Virus record (IMG/VR): IMGVR_UViG_3300035086_000100
Span: 35,060 to 99,059 of that record
Strand: one strand, 5' to 3'
DNA length: 64,000 nt
DNA from: a virus
Shown here: positions 9,596 through 17,553 of the stretch, one piece after another
Layout: every line of letters begins with the position of its first letter
How positions within the stretch are numbered: the first letter of the stretch is position 1
Notes under the pieces: generated by a model
What the model saw: the letters and a program-made list of their open reading frames with translations, nothing else
Databases searched by the model: none
Told to the model about the DNA's origin: nothing
Made by a program: the position numbers and the translations under genes

Positions 9596-9608
9596 CTGAA
9601 AGGCTCCC

Positions 9609-10046
9609 TTACTGGCCGGTGATACGGGACACGACCGCACCGGCAATGTGGTCGAAGAAGCCGAGCACCCCGGCGGCCTTGTGCCCGAGCGTCAGCAGCA
9701 GCAGCGCCGGGAGGAGCAGCCCGAACGTGGGCTGCAGGATCCGGTTCGGGGTTCCGCCGAACTTCTTCACGCCGTCGTGGATGAACTCGACGGTGATCAG
9801 GCCGGTGATGCCGATCTCGATCCAGTGCGCCACGCCGGTCAGGCCCGCGATGTAGCCGCCGAGCAGGCCGGCCAGGGGGATGCCCACGGCGAAGGCGAGC
9901 CAGCCGATGATCCGCGCCGACTTCTTCTTGCGGTGCATTCCGAGGGCGATGCCGCCGAGCAGGGCGGCCCCTCCGATTGACAGGCCGGCGATCTGGCCGC
10001 CGGTCAGGCCGGCCGGGGTGACCCCGGCGGCCAGGATGATGTTCAT
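9609..10046 (-). CDS. Spd-like membrane protein (3-4 TM)
   Basis: Hydrophobic Gly-rich helices; RBS AAAGGAA; in tra operon. Confidence 0.7.
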   Translation of the reverse strand: MNIILAAGVTPAGLTGGQIAGLSIGGAALLGGIALGMHRKKKSARIIGWLAFAVGIPLAGLLGGYIAGLTGVAHWIEIGITGLITVEFIHDGVKKFGGTPNRILQPTFGLLLPALLLLTLGHKAAGVLGFFDHIAGAVVSRITGQ

Positions 10047-10073
10047 TGCGATGGTTCCTTTCGGGGGGGATCG

Positions 10074-10643
10074 TTACCTGAGGTGGAAGGCCAGCCAGGC
10101 AATGCCGATGAAGGCCGCCGCCCCGCCGAGCCGGATCGGGCGGGCGAACAGCCACGCCAGCAGGTAGCCGGCGGTCACGCCGAGCCGTCCGACCGTCAGG
10201 TGGTAGCAGTTGCCGGCCGGGCCGGAGTACTTGCCGTGATGGGTGCACGCCCGGGCTGCGTTTCGGCACGGCTCGCAGCACGGCACCCAGGCCCGGGATT
10301 TGCGGTAGGCGTCATGGACGGCCAGTGACTCGGGCGAGGCGTGCCACGGGCCGCGCGGGTTGGTGACGGTCTTCCGCGCCGTCTGCCAGCACATGGCCGC
10401 CAGGTGCAGGGCGACCGTGCCGCCGCCGATCTTCAGGACCACGCCGTCAGGCACGTCAGCGTCAGGCAGCGCCAGTGCGGCGCCAGGGTCACCGTCAGGC
10501 GCACCGTCAGGCGGAGTGTCATGCCAGCCGTCAGGCGGAGCGTCATGCCGGCGGTGGTGCCCTGGCCCGCCGCAGGACCCGTCAGCCTCGCCCGGGTCAC
10601 GAAGGTCGAACTCGAAGTCAAGGTCGGGCAGCGAACTGGTCAT
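10074..10643 (-). CDS. Spd-like membrane protein with low-complexity PPDG N-terminus
   Basis: C-terminal TM; ATGA coupling. Confidence 0.65.
   Translation of the reverse strand: MTSSLPDLDFEFDLRDPGEADGSCGGPGHHRRHDAPPDGWHDTPPDGAPDGDPGAALALPDADVPDGVVLKIGGGTVALHLAAMCWQTARKTVTNPRGPWHASPESLAVHDAYRKSRAWVPCCEPCRNAARACTHHGKYSGPAGNCYHLTVGRLGVTAGYLLAWLFARPIRLGGAAAFIGIAWLAFHLR
10445..10587 (+). repeat. Array A of CGTCAG(GCG) motif, candidate clt/TraB recognition repeats
   Basis: 7 CGTCAG cores (10445, 10454, 10460, 10493, 10505, 10529, 10580) plus GTCATGCC variants. Confidence 0.75.
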
Positions 10644-10852
10644 GACACCCTCGCGAGTTTCTCGGCAAGCTGGGCTAGCTGGTCGGTGAGCTGGCGGACA
10701 AGGCCCGGTCCCCGGCGGGGGATCTTCATCGCGTCGGCGGCCACGGCGCGAGCCAGCGCGGTCGCCTCCGCCAGCGCCTTCATCTCCTCGCCGGCGGACT
10801 GCGCGGCGGTCATGCGCTCCCTGTACCGGGCGCGCGCGGCAGCGGTAGTCAC
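10640..10852 (-). CDS. Small helical protein
   Basis: GTG 10852; coupled to the downstream gene by ATGA. Confidence 0.55.
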   Translation of the reverse strand: MTTAAARARYRERMTAAQSAGEEMKALAEATALARAVAADAMKIPRRGPGLVRQLTDQLAQLAEKLARVS

Positions 10853-10946
10853 CGGGTACCGCCTCGCGCGCGCGGGCACGCGCAGGTGCATGCCTGCATG
10901 TGCATCCCCGCGTTGGGGGTTCCGGCAGGGCTCAGTTCCGGGCTGG

Positions 10947-11840
10947 TCACCTGTCCGCTCCTTCCGTCTCGCGTGCCGTCTCATCCAGTTCGGGCAGCCA
11001 CTTGGACCGCATCTGCCGGCCCAGGCTGCTGGACGCCGAGAGCCCGGCCGCGCGGACCAGGTCGGCACCGGACGGCGCGGGCCTGCCCGCCTGGATCTCG
11101 GTGTCCCAGTAGGTGCGCATCACCTGGGCGGCGCCGTTGTTGCTCCCGGGCGGACCCGGGGGGATGCACTGCCCGGCGGTGATCGCCAGCTCCCGCGCGT
11201 GGCCGCCGGCGACCGGCAGGCGGCTGACGGGGCTGACGGACTGGCTGGCGGCCCTGACGATTTCCGCCTGACGCTCCGCGATGGCGGCGCGACGCCCGGC
11301 CGCCTGACGCTGACGCTCTTCTTCCGCCTGACGGTCTTCTTCCGCCTGACGGTCGGCGGCCTGACGCTGACGCTCAAGCTCCGCCTGACGCTCGGCCTCC
11401 GCCGCTATCGCCTGACGCTCGGCCAGGCCCTTGCGGGCCGCCTCGGCTGCCCGCCGCTCCATGAGGGAGATCGCCAGCATGAGGAACAAGCCGGGGATCG
11501 CGGCCGTGATGTACCCCCACGCCGACGACTGCGCCCCGGCGAGGTTCCCGGCCAGGGTCAGGCCGATCCCGAAGATCATCACGATGGTGGGCCACGACAT
11601 CCAGCCGCGGCGCTTGCGCCCGGTCCTGATGTCGCGCTGCCGCTCGCGGGCAGCCATCAGCACCCCGAGGTCCACGCACACGGCGATCAGCGGCGCCAGG
11701 ACGCCGGGCTGGCCGTGGCCCGATGCCAGCCGCGTCCAGTGGTCGAACGAGCCGCCGAACGCGATCAGCGCGAGGGCGAGCGGGATGCCGTTGTCGGCGA
11801 CCGCCCGCCCGAAGCCGTTCCCGTCCCCGGCGGCGCTCAC
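10947..11840 (-). CDS. DUF2637/SpdA-like membrane protein with coiled coil and C-terminal HTH
   Basis: 4 TM (AFGGSFDH..PLIAVCVDLG..LTLAGNL..AAIP), RQA repeats, PSGADLVRAAGLS HTH. Confidence 0.8.
   Translation of the reverse strand: MSAAGDGNGFGRAVADNGIPLALALIAFGGSFDHWTRLASGHGQPGVLAPLIAVCVDLGVLMAARERQRDIRTGRKRRGWMSWPTIVMIFGIGLTLAGNLAGAQSSAWGYITAAIPGLFLMLAISLMERRAAEAARKGLAERQAIAAEAERQAELERQRQAADRQAEEDRQAEEERQRQAAGRRAAIAERQAEIVRAASQSVSPVSRLPVAGGHARELAITAGQCIPPGPPGSNNGAAQVMRTYWDTEIQAGRPAPSGADLVRAAGLSASSSLGRQMRSKWLPELDETARETEGADR
11224..11417 (-). repeat. Array B of CGTCAG(GCG) motif, inverted relative to array A
   Basis: 12 CTGACG cores on + strand; full CGCCTGACG at 11265, 11301, 11325, 11343, 11382, 11409. 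Confidence 0.8.
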
Positions 11841-12640
11841 GACGGCACCGCCCCGGGTGACCGGTCGCCTATGCGCCAGTTCTCGTCCCATGCCTTATCC
11901 ATCGCGGACGGGTCGTACGTCGTCCCGGCCGCGATCGAGTGCATCGCCGCAGAGGGCGCACGGCGCTGGTAGTACTCGTCGTCAAAGTCGTGGAAGTGCG
12001 ACCCGTGAATGATCCGGCCGTCGTCGGCGACGCCCAGCAGGTCATATTCGGCCTGCGGACCGCCGCACGCATCGCAGGCGGGCTCAAGTTCGGCGAGGCT
12101 GTCAGCCTCGGCAACTGCGGCAGCGAGCGCAGCCCGGCACTGGCGGCACAACGTCCCGGCACTGGCGGGCTCGCCGCACCAGCAGCAGTAGCGCCAGCGG
12201 TTCCGGATACGGGCGATGACGCTGAAGTCGCTGCGCCAGCGGCACTTCGGGCAGGCCAGCAGATCCAGGGGGTCAGGGTCGCCCGGCTCGGCGATCAGCG
12301 AGGCGCCGCACAGCGCGCGGGGGACCTTGATCCGCAGCCGGTCGAGCAGGCCCTGCCAGAAGCCGGCGACGTGGAGGAACGCGCTGTCCGGCGACTGCGC
12401 GAGCGGCTCGGTGGCTTCTACCTGCCAGCCCTGGTCGCAGATCCAGAAACGTGCATCATCCGGATCCGGGTAGGCATCGCCGAGCGGGGACAGTGTGGCC
12501 ATGCGCCAGGACGCCTGCACCCCGGACGGGGGCACGTGACGGGGGTCGGCGGCGATGATCCGCATCGTGCCGTCGCCCAGGATGCCCCAGATCACCGCGC
12601 CGGGCTCCATGTCCCGGGTGAGCATGTAGTAGCTGGTCAT
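11837..12640 (-). CDS. Hypothetical Cys-rich protein
   Basis: ATGA-coupled start with GGGAGG RBS; several CxxC. Confidence 0.6.
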   Translation of the reverse strand: MTSYYMLTRDMEPGAVIWGILGDGTMRIIAADPRHVPPSGVQASWRMATLSPLGDAYPDPDDARFWICDQGWQVEATEPLAQSPDSAFLHVAGFWQGLLDRLRIKVPRALCGASLIAEPGDPDPLDLLACPKCRWRSDFSVIARIRNRWRYCCWCGEPASAGTLCRQCRAALAAAVAEADSLAELEPACDACGGPQAEYDLLGVADDGRIIHGSHFHDFDDEYYQRRAPSAAMHSIAAGTTYDPSAMDKAWDENWRIGDRSPGAVPS

Positions 12641-12798
12641 GACGCCTCCCGGTTTTCGTCGCGCTTGGCGACCGCAGTGCCGGAGCAGGCGGGGCAGGCG
12701 GACAGGGTCAGTCCCCGCACGCCGGTCCACTCGCAGTCACCGCAGTTCCAGCGGGCAAGCGGCCTGCGCTTGGCGTTGCCGTAGGTCCGGGCGATCAT
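12637..12798 (-). CDS. Small Zn-ribbon protein
   Basis: CGDC..CPAC; ATGA coupling on both sides. Confidence 0.55.
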   Translation of the reverse strand: MIARTYGNAKRRPLARWNCGDCEWTGVRGLTLSACPACSGTAVAKRDENREAS

Positions 12799-12998
12799 GA
12801 CGCCTCCCGGCTGTCGCGCTGAGCGAGATGCGCGTCCCATGCGCGGTCCGTCTCGCGCATCCACTCAGCGGCCGAACCGTTCCTCGCGTGCCAGCCCTCC
12901 CAGTACTGGGAGCCGCCGTCCGCGTGGTCGGCGTGGCGCTGCTCCTCGTCGGCCAGGGCCTGCTCTATCTCGGCCTCGGTCGGCTCACGGGCGCTCAT
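12795..12998 (-). CDS. Hypothetical protein
   Basis: Coupled ORF in operon. Confidence 0.55.
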   Translation of the reverse strand: MSAREPTEAEIEQALADEEQRHADHADGGSQYWEGWHARNGSAAEWMRETDRAWDAHLAQRDSREAS

Positions 12999-13180
12999 CG
13001 GGAGCCTCCGTGGTCAGGGCAGTTGCCGTGCCAGTCGCACGACTCGTGGTCGGTCTTGACCTCGCCGAACGAGCCGGTCGTGCCTGCCCCTCCGTCGCGT
13101 GAGCCAAGCCGGTGGTTACCCTCCGACCAGCGCTCGCCTTCGCTGCTTTCCAGCCAGGCGATGACCTCGGGGTCGTTCAT
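12995..13180 (-). CDS. Hypothetical protein
   Basis: Coupled ORF in operon. Confidence 0.5.
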   Translation of the reverse strand: MNDPEVIAWLESSEGERWSEGNHRLGSRDGGAGTTGSFGEVKTDHESCDWHGNCPDHGGSR

Positions 13181-13401
13181 GACGCCACCCGCCCGTCATA
13201 GGCGGTCTCGCAGGCGGCTGCGTAAGCGGCGGCTGCGGCGCCGATGCCGTTCGGGCACTGGTCGTCGGTCGTGACGACCCTGACTTCGCCTAGGTAGCGC
13301 TCCACCAGTGCGAAGCGTGCGGCAGGCCGGTCAAGGCGCATCGCCTCGGTAGCCGGCTCGACCGTCAGGACCGGGACGGCGGGGAAGGCCCGGATGTTCA
13401 C
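13177..13401 (-). CDS. Hypothetical protein
   Basis: GTGA overlap at 13398-13401; 3' part of track ORF 13177..13896. Confidence 0.45.
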   Translation of the reverse strand: MNIRAFPAVPVLTVEPATEAMRLDRPAARFALVERYLGEVRVVTTDDQCPNGIGAAAAAYAAACETAYDGRVAS

Positions 13402-13583
13402 CGGACTAGCGACAGGATGCACTGCGAGCCGCTGGCGACCCGGTCCCGGTCCGCCAGCATCCTGCGTCCCATGATCCGGATGTCCCGCCGGAACGCCGCG
13501 ATCATCGCGTCCTGCTCGGAGATCACGGCCAGCAGTTGCGTCCTTGTCATCTTGGTGACGGGGACGGGGGGTACTATCTCCAC
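13398..13583 (-). CDS. Hypothetical protein
   Basis: RBS AAGGA; amphipathic helix. Confidence 0.5.
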   Translation of the reverse strand: MEIVPPVPVTKMTRTQLLAVISEQDAMIAAFRRDIRIMGRRMLADRDRVASGSQCILSLVR

Positions 13584-13805
13584 TTGAGTCAGTCCTTACT
13601 AGGGGATGCGGACTCGGATCAGCAGGGTCACCGTTTGCGGCGGTGGCCCTGCTTGCGTTCAGGGGGAAGTTCGCGGTCCCGCAGGAGTGGCCGTCAGCGG
13701 ACCAGTAGACGGTCCCGCAGTTGCCGCAGACCGAAGTCATGCTCAAGCCGGCCGACCGGGGGGCGCAGGAGCGGCAGAGCGGCGGGATGGCTATCGGGGA
13801 GAAGT

Positions 13806-14036
13806 TCATGACTGGCCGCCCTGAGGCCATGCCGTCATGGAAGTGACGAAAGCGCCCGGCACCCGCCACTGAACGCCGACCCGCTTGGCGGGCCACGCGT
13901 CCTTGTCGGCTAGGTGCAGGCGCTTGTAAGTGGCGACGGAGATCTTGAGCCGGTCACAGGCGATCTTGATCGGCAGCAACTCGCCATCGGTGCCCGTCAA
14001 CTTCCGGACATCCGCAGAGGTGCCGTTGGTGCTCAA
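13806..14036 (-). CDS. Excisionase-like HTH protein, first gene of the leftward operon
   Basis: LLPIKIACDRLKISVATYKR..PAKRVGVQWRVP; TTG start with GGGAG RBS. Confidence 0.7.
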   Translation of the reverse strand: MSTNGTSADVRKLTGTDGELLPIKIACDRLKISVATYKRLHLADKDAWPAKRVGVQWRVPGAFVTSMTAWPQGGQS

Positions 14037-14073
14037 CGCTGCTCCCTGTTGGCTGCAAGTACCATTCGGTTTC

Positions 14074-14114
14074 CTACCTAGGCCAATAGTAGGTAGTGCT
14101 AGCCAAGTCGTCAA
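14074..14114 (-). promoter_or_regulatory. Promoter of the leftward tra/late operon with dyad operator
   Basis: TTGACG (14114-14109), 17 bp, TACTAT (14091-14086); CTACCTA-N9-TAGGTAG inverted repeat 14074-14096. Confidence 0.75.
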
Positions 14115-14199
14115 GGCTTGTTCATCAGTGAAAACCGGTGAACTCGGGCGTAGCGGGTGGGGTTATGCCGCAGGAACGGAATCGGCCTAGGCAGATACC

Positions 14200-15096
14200 A
14201 TGATTCGCATGCAACCGATAGACCCCGACGACAAGCGGCATCCGCACGTCCAGATCGCGGCCTCGATCCGCGCGGCGATCCTCACGGGAGAACTTGAGCC
14301 AGGCTCGCAACTTGACACCGGACAGGAACTGGCGGCCTTCTTCGGCGTGTCCCGCATGACCGTGGCTTCGGCGATCCGCACGCTCCGCGACGAGGGCTTC
14401 GTCCGCTCCCGCATGGGCAGCGGCGTGTTCGTCCGCGACCTGGCCAGCCTCCCCGCACCCGAAGGCGAGGAGCATCCGCTGGCCGGGACCGCGATGTTCC
14501 TGTTCGAGATAGGCCAGCTCAAGCACCAGCCCCGGTCGGGCTGGCTGCTGCTGGGCATCCCGCACCCGGAGAGCGTCGCCGAGCACTCATTCCGGGTCGG
14601 CGTCATCGGCCTGATCCTCGCGGCGATGGACGGTGCCGACGTCGGGCGCACTGCCGCCCTGGGCCTGATGCACGACGCGCACGAAACCCGGATCGGCGAC
14701 GTTCCCTCAGTCGGCCGCGCCTACGTCACCACGGCGGACCCCGAAGCCATCACGGCCCACCAGGTCGCGAAGATGCCCGACGAGGCATCGAAGGCCGTGC
14801 AGGAACTCACCGCCGAGTACGAGGCGAACGTGACCCGCGAGGCGCGGCTGGCCCACGACGCGGACAAGATCGAGACGCTGCTGCAGGCCACCGAGTACCA
14901 GGCGCAGGGACATGACACCGAGACGTGGCGGGAGAACTCGGTAGCGGCACTGCGCACCGAACCAGGCCAGCGGCTGGCCCAGGCCATAGGCGCAGGCGAC
15001 TCGCGGTGGTGGGCGCCATTCAATGCGTCCTACCTCGAATTGCATGCCAGTGCGCGCAACCGCACTCAGGCAAGCCGGCCCGACGAGGAGGGATGA
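14200..15096 (+). CDS. GntR winged-HTH + HD-domain (YfbR/HDDC2-like 5'-nucleotidase) fusion; probable start 14209
   Basis: QIAASIRAAILTGEL..GVSRMTV..GSGVFV; RSGW..ESVAEHSF..MHDAHETRIGD..DADKIE. Confidence 0.9.
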   Translation: MIRMQPIDPDDKRHPHVQIAASIRAAILTGELEPGSQLDTGQELAAFFGVSRMTVASAIRTLRDEGFVRSRMGSGVFVRDLASLPAPEGEEHPLAGTAMFLFEIGQLKHQPRSGWLLLGIPHPESVAEHSFRVGVIGLILAAMDGADVGRTAALGLMHDAHETRIGDVPSVGRAYVTTADPEAITAHQVAKMPDEASKAVQELTAEYEANVTREARLAHDADKIETLLQATEYQAQGHDTETWRENSVAALRTEPGQRLAQAIGAGDSRWWAPFNASYLELHASARNRTQASRPDEEG

Positions 15097-15866
15097 TGCG
15101 CGCCGCGATGGCCACCGAGCCCGGCGACGCGGACGTCCCCAACGAGGACTGGTTCGGCATTGCCCCGGAAGCCGTCGTCGTGCTCGACGGCGTGACGGTA
15201 CGGGCAGGCATCGAGTCAGGCTGCGGCCACGGAACGCCCTGGTACGTCCGGCGGCTCGGCGGCATGCTCATGGACGGCATCATCGCGGGCGGGCTTCCGC
15301 TCGCCGATGCGCTCGCGGGCGGCATCAGCGCCGTAGCCGCGCAGCATGCCGGGACCTGTGACCTGGGGACAGTCGGCGCACCTTCAGCCGCCGTGGGCAT
15401 TGTGAGGCTCACGGGCGGCCGGGCCGACTGGCTGGTCCTTGCCGATATCAGCGTCGTTCTCGGCGAGCCCGGCGGGGTACGGGTGATCTCCGACAAGCGG
15501 GTAGACGACTCGGTGGCGGGGATCAGCGTCACCGGCCCGGCTGTTGGCCAGCGGATCGGCGAGGCCCGCACCGCGCACCGCAACCGGCCCGGCGGCTACT
15601 GGGTGGCCGCAGCCGATCCCGAGGCGGCGGCGCACGCGGTAACCGGGTCGGCGCCGCTGGGGGACCTGCACCGGCTCGCGGTGATGACGGACGGCGCCTC
15701 GCGGCTGGCCGACATGTTCGGGATGCCGTGGCCTGACGTGCTGGCAATAGACCCCGGCGACCTGATCGCGATGGTCCGCAAGCACGAGGCGGACGACGCC
15801 GGACGGGTGCGCTACCCGCGCTTCAAGGTCAGCGACGACGCGACCGCCGTAGCGGTTTCGCCCTGA
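15093..15866 (+). CDS. PP2C-family phosphatase
   Basis: NED, VLDG, LAD, MTDG, SDDAT motifs; ATGA coupling. Confidence 0.85.
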   Translation: MMRAAMATEPGDADVPNEDWFGIAPEAVVVLDGVTVRAGIESGCGHGTPWYVRRLGGMLMDGIIAGGLPLADALAGGISAVAAQHAGTCDLGTVGAPSAAVGIVRLTGGRADWLVLADISVVLGEPGGVRVISDKRVDDSVAGISVTGPAVGQRIGEARTAHRNRPGGYWVAAADPEAAAHAVTGSAPLGDLHRLAVMTDGASRLADMFGMPWPDVLAIDPGDLIAMVRKHEADDAGRVRYPRFKVSDDATAVAVSP

Positions 15867-15883
15867 GGGAATTGGGAGTCCGG

Positions 15884-16303
15884 ATGCCCAGAGCTGACCG
15901 TCCCGCCCCGCCGTACGTCCAGATCGCCGGCTACTACCGCGACGAGATCGCCAGCGGGCAGCGCCGGGCGGGCGAACGCCTTCCGTCTATCGCCGCGATA
16001 GCCGAAGGCTGGGCAGTGGCGGCGGCCACTGCGGCGAAGGCAATCGGCCTGCTCTGCGACGAGGGGCTGATCTCCACGTCGCCACAGGGAAGCTTCGTCC
16101 TGCCGCACGGCACGGAAGGCAAGATCGACGCCGCGATCACGGCGGCTGACGCGGCGCTGAGCGCTATCCGCCTCCTGGCAGACCCCCGGGAGAAAGCCGA
16201 AGCCGCCGGGCGGCTCGTGAGCGGACTGCGCGCCCGTTCAGATGAGGCCGACCGTATCCGGCATGCCGGCCGCGATGACGAGACCGGTGAAAACCCGGCC
16301 TGA
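15884..16303 (+). CDS. GntR family regulator
   Basis: PPYVQIA..GERLPSI..WAVAAATAAKA..G.FV. Confidence 0.85.
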   Translation: MPRADRPAPPYVQIAGYYRDEIASGQRRAGERLPSIAAIAEGWAVAAATAAKAIGLLCDEGLISTSPQGSFVLPHGTEGKIDAAITAADAALSAIRLLADPREKAEAAGRLVSGLRARSDEADRIRHAGRDDETGENPA

Positions 16304-16469
16304 CCGCTAGGCTGCCCTTCAGAACTGAAAATGCCCCGGCTCTGCCTCTGACAACAGAGCACGGGGCGCGTCAACACCGAACCCCTGAAAGAACACGGTG
16401 CGACATGCACACGGTACATCCCGGCACTGACATTCCGCGCACCCCGCTCGCGACAAGCCGCGCCGGCCG

Positions 16470-17168
16470 GTGATCGAGTCCTGGCTGAAAGCCATCCGCG
16501 ACCATCCTGACCGGCCGCCAGCCACAGAGCAGGTCGTGCTCGAACGCCTCGCGCTGCGGCTGGACTGGGTGACCGGCAAAGGGTTCTGCAGCGTCCAGCA
16601 GCTCATGGAGGACACCCCGGCGGGCAAGCGGACGGTACTCCGTGCCCTCGCGTGGGCGCAGTCCGAGCCCGTGGCGATCCTCGAACAGACCCGCCGCGGC
16701 GGGCGGCGGGGCGCCGGCTACACGCTGGCGTCGGAGTGGGCGCTGGCCGTGCCCGAAAGCCAAGGTGCCGCTGACGGCACCTTGAGGCTCGTTCCCAAGG
16801 TGCCAGATGAGGCACCCCAAGGTGCCAGCTCAGCACCACCATCAAGACCTGTACTACATCAAGACCTAAAAGAAGGTGATGACTCACTGGTCCCGCGACG
16901 CGCCCGACCTTCGGTCAGGCGAATTGACGCGATCAGATTCGTTCGCCTCGCTGCTGCCGAGGTTTACGGCCAGGACGAAGCCGACTACCTCACGGACAGC
17001 CAGTGCGCCGCGCTCTGGTACCACCTGATCGGCCGCAAGCGGCCGGGCAACCCGGTGAAGTACCTCAGCAAGCCGTTCCGCGACGCGCCGTACCTCGACA
17101 CCCACGTGGCCAACGCCGGCGACGAAGAAGACTGGGAGGCCGAGATGACAGGAGTGCTGGCCGCATGA
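16470..17168 (+). CDS. Winged-HTH replication initiator-like protein
   Basis: GFCSVQQLMEDTPAGKRTVLRAL wHTH, linker with iterons, C-terminal NPVKYL. Confidence 0.6.
   Translation: MIESWLKAIRDHPDRPPATEQVVLERLALRLDWVTGKGFCSVQQLMEDTPAGKRTVLRALAWAQSEPVAILEQTRRGGRRGAGYTLASEWALAVPESQGAADGTLRLVPKVPDEAPQGASSAPPSRPVLHQDLKEGDDSLVPRRARPSVRRIDAIRFVRLAAAEVYGQDEADYLTDSQCAALWYHLIGRKRPGNPVKYLSKPFRDAPYLDTHVANAGDEEDWEAEMTGVLAA
16761..16876 (+). repeat. Palindromic iterons + A-rich tract (candidate origin)
   Basis: CAAGGTGCC at 16761, 16796, 16818, each with a GCACC partner; perfect dyad 16761-16784; ATCAAGACCT at 16841 and 16858. Confidence 0.7.
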
Positions 17169-17479
17169 CGCCCGCCCATGAAGGTCCCCGGCTTGCGCGG
17201 CTGTGCGCGGTCAGGGACAACCGCACATTGTCAACGTCCGCCAAGCTCGCCTACGCCACGCTGGCGCTTTACGAGCCCGGCGAGCATCCGAGCGTCACGG
17301 ACATTGCCGCAGCCATGAGCGTGAGCCGCACCACGGCGCTGAAGGCACTCCGCGATCTGGAGGCAGCCCGCGCCATCAGGGTGACAGGGAGGCGCAAGGG
17401 GCGCGGCAGCCGTGAGGTGAACACCTACGAGCTTCTGTCGCTCGCTCATCTGGCGTCGGCGTCAGGCGAGGATTCGTGA
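17165..17479 (+). CDS. Winged-HTH protein (HTH_36-like)
   Basis: LSTSAKLAY..PSVTDIAAAMSVSRTTALKALRDLE..NTY. Confidence 0.8.
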   Translation: MTPAHEGPRLARLCAVRDNRTLSTSAKLAYATLALYEPGEHPSVTDIAAAMSVSRTTALKALRDLEAARAIRVTGRRKGRGSREVNTYELLSLAHLASASGEDS

Positions 17480-17553
17480 GTCCCGCATGTCCGCTCGGCG
17501 CGTTTTATCCCGGCACCGTGCCCGCTGGGACGCTGCGGGTTACCCTTGCTCCC

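Noticed and set aside
10341-11972. 543-aa plus-strand ORF and many other long antisense ORFs (e.g. 6260-7147, 20150-21559, 26210-27526, 60281-61861)
   Set aside because: Shadow frames of well-supported opposite-strand genes in high-GC DNA; no motifs.
13177-13896. 239-aa track ORF as one gene
   Set aside because: Middle has poor codon usage and overlaps the RBS-bearing ORF 13398-13583; more likely separate small genes.
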